Below are positions 17,469 through 23,824 of a DNA stretch of 32,000 nucleotides, piece by piece (the first letter of the stretch is position 1; each line of letters starts with the position of its first letter). Made by a program: the position numbers and the translations under genes. Below the pieces are notes generated by a model. It saw only the letters and a program-made list of their open reading frames with translations. It did no database searches and was not told the DNA's origin. This stretch comes from Edaphobacter aggregans (GTDB lineage Bacteria > Acidobacteriota > Terriglobia > Terriglobales > Acidobacteriaceae): assembly GCF_003945235.1 (NCBI RefSeq), contig NZ_RSDW01000001.1, positions 1,650,001-1,682,000 of the forward strand, read 5' to 3'.

Positions 17469-17603
17469 AAAGCAGATCCCTACGGGATGACAACAGAAGA
17501 GCAACGGCAAGAACAAGAGCAACGGCAAAGACGAAATGCGGGGGTCTCTCCGCTGCGCAGCTCACGATGAAGCTGTGAGCCGCTTCGGTCGAGATGACGA
17601 TTG
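17469..17603 (+). repeat. Composite intergenic repeat, copy B ('AAAGCAG-hairpin-GATGACAA' family)
   Basis: The 26-mer aaagcagatccctacgggatgacaac (17469-17494) is identical to 16390-16415. Next comes agagcaacggcaa x2 (17498-17510 and 17515-17527). Then aaatgcggggg (17534-17544; compare 16456-16466). A hairpin gctcac/gtgagc follows at 17560-17580. The copy ends ..gagatgacgattg (17591-17603). Confidence 0.85.
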
Positions 17604-17678
17604 TTGGGCAGGTCGACGATTGCTGGGCTGGTTGACGGTAAATGCGGTTGAGGATTTGAGGACAGCTGAGGAGACGAT

Positions 17679-18338
17679 TTGAGGGTTGAGATTTTGGATG
17701 GGGTTATTCCGGTTGAGGAGATCGTCGCTGGGATGAAGGCGGGCGCGGATGGGGCTGTGTGTGTCTTCGATGGGATTGTGCGGGACAATACGCGGGGGCG
17801 GCGGACGCTGCATTTGGATTATGAGGCGTATCGGGAGATGGCGCTGGAGCAGATGCGTGGGCTGGTTGCGGAGGCGGTGGCGAAGTTTGGGGTGAGGGAT
17901 GTGGCGGTGGTGCATCGGCTGGGACGGCTGGTGGTGGGGGAGACGAGTGTGCTGATTGTGGTGGCTTCGGCGCATCGGGGGGCGGCGTTTGATGCTTGCC
18001 GGTGGCTGATTGATACGTTGAAGAAGACGGTGCCGATTTGGAAGAAGGAGCAATTTGTGGATGGGGCGGTGTGGGCGGATGGGGAGCCTTTCCCAGAGAG
18101 CATTGCGCTCAATCAGGCGGCTGAGGTTGCTGCGCAATCGGCGGATGGGGAGCCTTTCCCAGAGAGCATTGCGCTCAATCAGTCGGCTGCCGGAGCGGAT
18201 AAGGAAGGCGGTCGTCCTTCGGACGATGCCCATATCTCAGAAGCGAGATATGGGGCACCCGATGTGTCGGTGGGGCAGCCGGATAGCGGGTTAGCGAGTC
18301 AGCAGGTTAGCAAGTCAGCGGGAGAACGTCGGGGATGA
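17679..18338 (+). CDS. moaE: Molybdopterin synthase catalytic subunit MoaE with an ~80 aa repeat-derived C-terminal tail
   Basis: TTG start. The MoaE core reads GAVCVFDGIVRDNTRGR..LHLDYEAYREMA...VVHRLGRLVVGETSVLIVVASAHRGAAFDACRWLIDTLKKTVPIWKKE. The ORF then continues through repeats and ends in an ATGA overlap with the next gene (18335-18338). Confidence 0.85.
   Translation: MRVEILDGVIPVEEIVAGMKAGADGAVCVFDGIVRDNTRGRRTLHLDYEAYREMALEQMRGLVAEAVAKFGVRDVAVVHRLGRLVVGETSVLIVVASAHRGAAFDACRWLIDTLKKTVPIWKKEQFVDGAVWADGEPFPESIALNQAAEVAAQSADGEPFPESIALNQSAAGADKEGGRPSDDAHISEARYGAPDVSVGQPDSGLASQQVSKSAGERRG
18074..18189 (+). repeat. In-frame tandem duplication (two 50 nt copies, period 66 nt) in the MoaE tail
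   Basis: 18074-18123 and 18140-18189 (ggcggatggggagcctttcccagagagcattgcgctcaatcag[g/t]cggctg) differ at one base. They encode ADGEPFPESIALNQ(A/S)A twice. Confidence 0.9.
18208..18261 (+). repeat. REP-like hairpin element inside the MoaE tail
   Basis: gcggtcgtccttcgg (18208-18222) is identical to 22801-22815. A perfect 10 bp hairpin cccatatctc-agaagc-gagatatggg lies at 18229-18254. atggggcacccg (18250-18261) is identical to 23753-23764. Confidence 0.8.
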
Positions 18339-19327
18339 GATTTGCGGGGCTGGTGTTAGGTACGACTTTGCTGCTGCAGGCAGGATATTCGCCGCAGGCT
18401 GGATTTTTGCAGGCGCCGATTGTGCGGCGACCGCCTAGTGCGCAGGGGCCTCAGGCTCCGCAGGGTAAGGACGATCAGGTTCCTACGATTAAGGTGGAGA
18501 CTCGGCTGGTGAATGTGGCCGTGAATGTTGTGGATGCGAAGGGCGCTCCGGTGGGTGGGCTGGGAAAGGATGATTTCGAGATTCTGGAAGATGGGAAGGT
18601 TCAGAAGATCGCCTACTTCGAAAAGGAGTCGGTGACGCCGCTTTCGATTGTGCTGGCGATTGATGCGAGCGAGAGCGTGCTGCGGGATGAGCGGCTGGAG
18701 AAGAATGCGGCGAAGCATTTTGTGCGGGCGTTGCTGCGGGATCAGGATGAGCTGGACCTGATGCAGTTTGCCGATTCGGTGAGGGAGATTGTCTCGTTTA
18801 CGAATCAGAAGAAGCGAATTGAGAGTGGGCTGGAGGATCTGCAGCGGGGGAGCTCTACGGCGCTGTACGACGCGATTTATCTGGGGTCTGACAGGCTTTC
18901 AACGACTTCGGCGTCGGATGGGCGGCGGCGGGTGCTGGTGCTGATTACCGATGGCGAGGACACGGTGAAGGGGTCTCGGTATGGGCAGGCGCTGGAGGAG
19001 GCCCAGCGGGCCGGGGCGATGGTGTACTCGCTGATTATTGTGCCGGTGGCGGCGGATGCGGGGAGGAATACGGGCGGGGAGCATGCGCTGATTCAGATGG
19101 CTGAGGATACGGGCGGGAAGTACTACTACGTGGAGGATCCGCAGGACCTGGAGCCGGCGCTGGCACATGTGTCGGATGACCTGAGGACGCAGTATGTGCT
19201 GGGGTACTATGCTCCGCATGGCGGGGATAGCTCGTTCCGGAAGATCAGGGTGCGGATGAAGGATTCTGATCTGCAGGGTAAGTTCAATGTGCGGCATCGC
19301 AGTGGGTATTATGCGGATGCCCGGTGA
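18335..19327 (+). CDS. VWA domain-containing protein (TIGR03436-type 'VWFA-related acidobacterial domain')
   Basis: Signal-like N-terminus, then TIKVETRLVNVAVNVVDAKGAPVGGLGKDDFEILEDGKVQKIAYFE, then a MIDAS motif LAIDASESV ... LITDGEDT. Confidence 0.8.
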   Translation: MRFAGLVLGTTLLLQAGYSPQAGFLQAPIVRRPPSAQGPQAPQGKDDQVPTIKVETRLVNVAVNVVDAKGAPVGGLGKDDFEILEDGKVQKIAYFEKESVTPLSIVLAIDASESVLRDERLEKNAAKHFVRALLRDQDELDLMQFADSVREIVSFTNQKKRIESGLEDLQRGSSTALYDAIYLGSDRLSTTSASDGRRRVLVLITDGEDTVKGSRYGQALEEAQRAGAMVYSLIIVPVAADAGRNTGGEHALIQMAEDTGGKYYYVEDPQDLEPALAHVSDDLRTQYVLGYYAPHGGDSSFRKIRVRMKDSDLQGKFNVRHRSGYYADAR

Positions 19328-19347
19328 GGCAGGGTGTAGGGAACAGA

Positions 19348-19371
19348 GGCATCAGTAGGGGTACTGATGCC
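19348..19371. terminator. Perfect 9 bp hairpin between convergent genes (candidate bidirectional terminator)
   Basis: ggcatcagt-aggggt-actgatgcc. The T-runs are weak or displaced (ctgttttt at 19387). Confidence 0.4.
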
Positions 19372-19401
19372 CGTGGCGGGCAGAGGCTGTTTTTCTCTGG
19401 A

Positions 19402-19687
19402 TTAGCCTTCGGCGGTGGTGGGGTCGATGATGGTTTTGATGGGGGTGATGGTGTCGGCGGGGAGGCCGGCGTCGGCGGCGTGTTGGCGGATGAGGTCTTC
19501 GCTGGGGGCGATGTAGACGCAGACGATCTTGTCAGCCGTGACGTAGGAGTGAACCCACTGGATCTCGGGGCCGAGCTTGCGGAGGACGGAGCAGGAGTTC
19601 TGGGAGGCCGCTACGAGCTGGTGGGGGGTGAGGTTGCCTACGTTGGGCATGTTGCGTTCGATGAGGAACTTTGGCACGGTGGATCCT
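19402..19687 (-). CDS. DUF4242 domain-containing protein
   Basis: A GTG start at 19687 is preceded by AAGGA. (M)PKFLIERNMPNVGNLTPHQLVAASQNSCSVLRKLGPEIQWVHSYVTADKIVCVYIAPSEDLIRQHA matches the DUF4242 pattern. Confidence 0.75.
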
Positions 19688-19862
19688 TTCTCGGAGAGTG
19701 AGGTCGTTGCTTCTTGTTGCTTATTCAAGGGTAGATTTGGCCCGGTGAGGATCGTGTCACTACGGTGTCACTAGGTTGTCAGAATGTAATAGTACGCCCG
19801 GGGGGCTCTCTGGAAGTGGCTTTAGAGGATTACATTTAGAGTGTGGGATTGAGAGGGAGATC

Positions 19863-20738
19863 GTGAGTCGACTTGAGTTTGTGGGCGAGGCGGAGAAGAT
19901 TGCACGCGAGGCTGGGGCTTTGCTGCGTGGGTTTTACGAAAAGGGTGTCGCTACGGAGTACAAGGGCGATGTGGATCTGGTGACGGAGGCGGACAGGGCC
20001 AGCGAGAAGCTGATTGTTTCGCGGCTGAAGGCGGCGTTTCCGGGGCATGGGATCTTTGGCGAGGAGGGGACGCGGGACGGACTGGAGAGCGAGTATCGGT
20101 GGTATGTCGATCCGCTGGATGGAACGACGAACTTTGCGCATGGGTTTCCGGCGTTCTGCGTGTTGCTGGGACTGGAGCACAGGGCTCCGGGGCTGGCGGC
20201 GGATGCGGATGGCGAGATGGTGGCCGCGGTGACGTATGATCCGCTGCGGAACGAGATGTTTGAGGCGGAGAAGGGTAAGGGCGCGTGGTTGAATGGACGG
20301 CGGATTCATGTGTCGAAGACGAAGACGCTGCAGGAGTCGCTGACGGCTACGGGGTTTCCTAGCCATAAGCGGCATATGAATCCGAACGTCTATTTTTATC
20401 AGCAGATTACGCTGCGGTCGCATGGGGTTAGGCGGGCTGGGAGTGCGGGGCTGGATTTGGCGTATGTAGCTTGCGGGCGGCTGGATGGGTTCTGGGAGTT
20501 CAATCTGAATCCGTGGGATACTTCGGCGGGCTTGTTGCTGGTGGAGGAGGCGGGGGGAACGGTGACTCATTTTGATGGCGGCAAGTTTACGCTGGATAGT
20601 CACGAGGTGCTGGCTACGAATGGGCTGATTCTGGGGGAGATGTCGCATATCTTTACGGAGATGTTTGCGGGTCGGGGGTTGGAGGCTATACCGACTCCGG
20701 CGGAGTTTGCGGCTAGGCGAGCGGAGATGGAGAAATAG
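19863..20738 (+). CDS. suhB: Inositol monophosphatase family protein (SuhB-like)
   Basis: The motifs are FGEEG, WYVDPLDGTTNF and WDTSAG. The GTG at 19863 gives a typical N-terminus (SRLEFVGEAEKIAREAG). The ORF opens at a TTG at 19776. Confidence 0.85.
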   Translation: MSRLEFVGEAEKIAREAGALLRGFYEKGVATEYKGDVDLVTEADRASEKLIVSRLKAAFPGHGIFGEEGTRDGLESEYRWYVDPLDGTTNFAHGFPAFCVLLGLEHRAPGLAADADGEMVAAVTYDPLRNEMFEAEKGKGAWLNGRRIHVSKTKTLQESLTATGFPSHKRHMNPNVYFYQQITLRSHGVRRAGSAGLDLAYVACGRLDGFWEFNLNPWDTSAGLLLVEEAGGTVTHFDGGKFTLDSHEVLATNGLILGEMSHIFTEMFAGRGLEAIPTPAEFAARRAEMEK

Positions 20739-20774
20739 GTCCGAAAGAGTCCTATTTATGCGGGATTTTGATTT

Positions 20775-20805
20775 GCAGTCGTGGTAAGGTGTGCTGTTAG
20801 AATCG
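20775..20805 (+). promoter_or_regulatory. Candidate sigma-70 promoter for the ferredoxin gene
   Basis: TTGCAG (20775-20780), a 19 nt spacer, then TGtTAGAAT (20797-20805), an extended -10. It lies about 55 nt upstream of the ATG. The spacer is longer than optimal. Confidence 0.3.
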
Positions 20806-20860
20806 TGTCAAAGCTCAACAGCAAAAAGATTTTTAGCGGGGCAGAGGGAGAATTAAAGAG

Positions 20861-21121
20861 ATGGCTTATGTGATTGCGGAACCGTGCATCGGGACGAAGG
20901 ATACGGCTTGCGTCGATGCTTGCCCGGTGGATTGTATCCACCCGAAGAAGGATGAGACGGGACACGGTGAGGCCGAACAGCTGTTCATCGATCCGGTAGA
21001 GTGCATCGATTGCGGCGCGTGCGTGCCGGTGTGCCCGGTTTCGGCGATCTATGCTGGCGACGATCTGCCGGAGAAGTGGGCGGAGTTCCAGACGAAGAAT
21101 GCGACCCACTACGGGCGGTAG
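20861..21121 (+). CDS. fdxA: 7Fe-type ferredoxin ([3Fe-4S][4Fe-4S])
   Basis: MAYVIAEPCIGTKDTACVDACPVDCI ... ECIDCGACVPVCPVSAI: CxxxxxxC...CP and CxxCxxCxxxCP clusters. AGGGAGA lies upstream of the ATG. Confidence 0.9.
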   Translation: MAYVIAEPCIGTKDTACVDACPVDCIHPKKDETGHGEAEQLFIDPVECIDCGACVPVCPVSAIYAGDDLPEKWAEFQTKNATHYGR

Positions 21122-21143
21122 GTTTTCGAAGTTCAGGTTCAGG

Positions 21144-21178
21144 CGCGCGGCTCTCAGGGGCCGCGCGTTTTCGTTTTT
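21144..21178 (+). terminator. Ferredoxin rho-independent terminator
   Basis: cgcgcggc-tctcaggg-gccgcgcg (perfect 8 bp GC stem) followed by ttttcgttttt. Confidence 0.85.
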
Positions 21179-21208
21179 GTGGTTGGCCGGAGTGAGATAC
21201 TGGCGTGC

Positions 21209-21598
21209 ATGGATGGGAGGTTGGAGGCGCGGGAGCTGCGAGCGTTTCTGGAGAGATTCGATCCGGTTGCAGGGCAGTTGGCTGTGGCGGCTCGGGATCT
21301 GATTCTCGATGTGTTTCCTGATGCGATCGAGACGGCGGAAGGCAAGGAGATTGGGTTCGGATTCGATCGTGGCTACAAAGGGTTGGTGTTTGCGCTTTCG
21401 ATGAAACGAAGTGGGATTAATTTGGGTGTTGCCGGGGGTGCTGGCCTGGCTGATCCGGATGGTCTGCTGAAGGGGACGGGCAAGGTGCACAGGCATGTGC
21501 CGGTGTCGGATGTTGCTGCGTTGTCGGATCCTGCGCTGCGTCGATTGTTGGGGCGCGCATTGGCAGTGCGACGGGCTGAATTTGGGGAGAGGTGTTGA
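21209..21598 (+). CDS. DUF1801 domain-containing protein (YdhG-like)
   Basis: MDGRLEARELRAFLERFDPVAGQLAVAARDLILDVFPDAIETAEGKEIGFGF..GLVFALSMKRSGINLGV fits the DUF1801 pattern. The call is by eye only. Confidence 0.55.
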   Translation: MDGRLEARELRAFLERFDPVAGQLAVAARDLILDVFPDAIETAEGKEIGFGFDRGYKGLVFALSMKRSGINLGVAGGAGLADPDGLLKGTGKVHRHVPVSDVAALSDPALRRLLGRALAVRRAEFGERC

Positions 21599-22047
21599 TG
21601 AAGAGTCTGGCGTCGGCGGAGGTGTTGTCGGAGACGAGGGCGCGGCTTCTGCGGGTTGCGACGGATGACCAGCCGTTGTGGGGGCGGATGACGGTGTGGC
21701 AGATGATGCGGCATCTGGGGTGCTCGTCTGAATTGGCGTTGGGTGAGCGGCCGATGGAGCCGGTGAAAGGGGTGCCGTCGGCGTTGATAAAGTTTGTGGC
21801 GCTGCGGACGGCGCTACCCTGGCCGAAGAATTCGAAGACGATGCCGGAACTGATACAGGCGCTGGATGAGTGTCCGGAGACTGGATTTGAGGAGTTGGTA
21901 GGTGTGGCTGTGGCGAAGATGGAGGATGTCGCGAGGGCGACGCGGCTGGCACCGAAGCATCCGATATTTGGGAGTATGACGACGGCGGACTGGATGCGGC
22001 TGGGGTATCTGCATGCGGATCATCATCTGCGGCAGTTTGGCCGGTAA
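21598..22047 (+). CDS. DUF1569 / DinB-superfamily protein
   Basis: ..LWGRMTVWQMMRHLGCSSELALGE...PWPKNSKTMPEL...KHPIFGSMTTADWMRLGYLHADHHLRQFG. The ATG at 21598 overlaps the upstream TGA by 1 nt. Confidence 0.65.
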   Translation: MKSLASAEVLSETRARLLRVATDDQPLWGRMTVWQMMRHLGCSSELALGERPMEPVKGVPSALIKFVALRTALPWPKNSKTMPELIQALDECPETGFEELVGVAVAKMEDVARATRLAPKHPIFGSMTTADWMRLGYLHADHHLRQFGR

Positions 22048-22049
22048 GG

Positions 22050-22784
22050 ATGATTCAGCGCGTTGGAGAGGCGATTGTGCTGCGGGTGTGGCCGTTTCAG
22101 GAGGCCGACCTGCTGGTGAGCCTGTTTACTCGGGAGCAGGGACGGGTGAAGGGTGTGGCGCGGCATGCGCTGCGGTCTCGGCGGCGGTTTGGGGGGGCGC
22201 TGGAGCCGATGACGTATGTGAGGGCGACCTATGCGGAGAGGCCGAAGCAGGAGTTGGTGAGGCTGGATTCGTTTGAGATTTTGAGCTCGCCGCTGAGCCG
22301 GCCGGTGGATTATGAGCGGACGGCTGCGCTGCAATTTGTTGCCGAGGTGCTGGAAGAGCTGCCGGAGGGGGTGGTGGACGATGCGGTGTTTCGTCTGGCG
22401 CTGGCGGTGGTAGAGGAGATGCAAGTGGGGAGGGTGTGGCTGCCGGTGACGTATTTTGCGCTGTGGATGAATCGGTTGATGGGGTGGATGCCGGAGTTGG
22501 GGCATTGTGTGGTGTGCGGGCTGGATTTGCGCGGGGGGACGGTTTGGTACTCGGGGACTAGCGATGGGGTGACTTGTTCGGATGATCGACGGAATGGGAG
22601 TGTGGGGCTTTCGGCGGCTTCGGTGGGGGAGGCGGTGAGGATCTTTCGGGGGAGTGTGGGGGAGTTGGCTAAGGAGGAGTGGCCGAAGGGGCGGGGGGTG
22701 GATTTGCGGCGGTTTGCGGTGGAGACTCTGGAACGGCATTTGGAGCGACGATTGGTTAGTGCTCGGGCTTTGGGGCGGGGGTAG
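22050..22784 (+). CDS. recO: DNA repair protein RecO
   Basis: The N-terminal OB-fold signature is EAIVLRVWPFQEADLLVSLFTREQGRVKGVARHALRSRRRFGGALEP. A central Cys motif HCVVCG follows. Confidence 0.85.
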   Translation: MIQRVGEAIVLRVWPFQEADLLVSLFTREQGRVKGVARHALRSRRRFGGALEPMTYVRATYAERPKQELVRLDSFEILSSPLSRPVDYERTAALQFVAEVLEELPEGVVDDAVFRLALAVVEEMQVGRVWLPVTYFALWMNRLMGWMPELGHCVVCGLDLRGGTVWYSGTSDGVTCSDDRRNGSVGLSAASVGEAVRIFRGSVGELAKEEWPKGRGVDLRRFAVETLERHLERRLVSARALGRG

Positions 22785-22789
22785 TGATT

Positions 22790-22843
22790 GGTTGGGGAGA
22801 GCGGTCGTCCTTCGGGCATCGGCGCTTGGGAGTAACCCCAACC
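22790..22843. repeat. REP-like element between convergent recO and the orphan ORF
   Basis: ggttgggg (22790-22797) and ccccaacc (22836-22843) are a perfect 8 bp inverted repeat. They enclose gcggtcgtccttcgg (22801-22815), which is identical to 18208-18222. Confidence 0.75.
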
Positions 22844-22854
22844 TTCACGAATAG

Positions 22855-23211
22855 TCAGGCGCTCTTGCAGATGGTTCGAATTGCTTCGATGTAGTCCAGA
22901 GGATTGGAGGCGAGCTCGAAGCACACGGATATGTGTCCTTCGGATAGATCGATGACAAGCTGGTAAAAGTTTCCGTACCCGACTAAGACGAACCGTGATC
23001 CTCCACAGTCCACGTTGCCGCGCTGACGAGCTAGTGTGAGCAATGTTGGGTTGACGAACAACTCTTCGTAGCGATCTGACTCCGATGCTGAGGCCTCTGC
23101 AATGTCTGAGCGCTGATGTGATGTGAGCTTGCCTCCTCGGTAGAGTGCGACATATCGTATGGCGGACGATACTGCGAAGATTTGATTTGTGACGTTCTGT
23201 TGAGAATTCAT
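22855..23211 (-). CDS. Hypothetical protein (118 aa); possible Roadblock/LC7-like fold
   Basis: A clean ORF with less G/C-biased third positions than its neighbours. The secondary-structure-like pattern (..IRYVALYRGGKLTSHQ.. then ..GGSRFVLVGYGNFYQLVIDLSEGHISVCFE..) resembles MglB/Roadblock proteins. The fold call is a guess. Confidence 0.5.
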   Translation of the reverse strand: MNSQQNVTNQIFAVSSAIRYVALYRGGKLTSHQRSDIAEASASESDRYEELFVNPTLLTLARQRGNVDCGGSRFVLVGYGNFYQLVIDLSEGHISVCFELASNPLDYIEAIRTICKSA

Positions 23212-23271
23212 GACCTATCTTATCGTTGACTCTCAACTGTGTACTCCAACCTTCGCGATCAGGCGGCGGAT

Positions 23272-23652
23272 TTAATCGAATGTTTCCCAACTGCGAAGGG
23301 TGTGTTCGTAGATTTCCATGTTGACGCGCTTGCCTCGAAACTTTACGCCTTCCATGCTGAGTCGAAGGCGTTGTTCCGCTGCAGCTTCCCCTCTTAGTTT
23401 GATCTCGCCGCCAGCACCGACGATGCGTTGCCACGGGAGTCCGTGAACGGTAGCGCTGCGTAGTAACTTTGCCACCGCTCGATGGTAGAGCGGGTAGCCT
23501 GCTGCCGCGGCGACTTTGCCGTAGGTCGAGACTTTGCCTTTGGGGACTGAGCGAATGATCCGTCGAAAAGCGTCGTCGCGCTGCTCATTTTTGCGGAGCG
23601 CATCTTTTAGGATTCTTCGCTTGAGGTTTTGTGGAGCGGCTGGCGGTCGCAT
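23272..23652 (-). CDS. Alkyltransferase-like (ATL) protein, MGMT DNA-binding domain without the catalytic Cys
   Basis: ..FRRIIRSVPKGKVSTYGKVAAAAGYPLYHRAVAKLL...HGLPWQRIVGAGGEI. The PCHR active site is replaced by PWQR (compare E. coli YbaZ, PWHR). The start ATG at 23652 is preferred. The 178 aa track version runs through a REP element. Confidence 0.75.
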   Translation of the reverse strand: MRPPAAPQNLKRRILKDALRKNEQRDDAFRRIIRSVPKGKVSTYGKVAAAAGYPLYHRAVAKLLRSATVHGLPWQRIVGAGGEIKLRGEAAAEQRLRLSMEGVKFRGKRVNMEIYEHTLRSWETFD

Positions 23653-23701
23653 GAGCAAAACTTTATCAGAGCTTGATTTGCGGATGGCTGAAGGGAGGCG
23701 G

Positions 23702-23764
23702 TTCGCGCGTGCGCGAATGTCCCACCTTAGCGACGATGAAACCGTCGCGAAGATGGGGCACCCG
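23702..23764 (+). repeat. REP-like hairpin cluster between the hydrolase and the ATL gene
   Basis: ttcgcgc-gt-gcgcgaa (23702-23717). gcgacg-atgaaac-cgtcgc (23730-23748). atggggcacccg (23753-23764) is identical to 18250-18261. Confidence 0.8.
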
Positions 23765-23824
23765 GGTTTTGGGGATGAGTAGATTTCACGTACAGCCACT
23801 GGCCGCATCGCAGGCTAACGTCGA

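Noticed and set aside
16096-17565. ORFs 16096..16413(-), 16208..16501(+) and 17377..17565(-) in the lon-DUF488 and moaD-moaE spacers
   Set aside because: They are made entirely of the dispersed repeats and low-complexity GT/CA tracts. They have no RBS, and their peptide strings (..RSLRDDN.., ..SSRRDLL..) simply mirror repeat units.
17359-17678. Moco riboswitch upstream of moaE
   Set aside because: The spacer contains ccgaggagg, but it is otherwise fully accounted for by hairpin repeats that also occur at non-Moco loci. I cannot recognise the multi-stem Moco architecture by eye. An Rfam RF01055 scan would settle it.
20756-23434. Long minus-strand ORFs (398, 272 and 374 aa) rich in P/S/T/R/H
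   Set aside because: They run antisense across several independent, well-supported + strand genes (ferredoxin, DUF1801, DUF1569, recO) and across intergenic terminators. They are compositional artefacts.
23653-23808. N-terminal 52 aa extension of the ATL ORF (178 aa version)
   Set aside because: The extension is encoded by the REP hairpin cluster (23702-23764) and has no similarity to MGMT or ATL N-termini. The internal ATG at 23652 gives a normal-length ATL protein.
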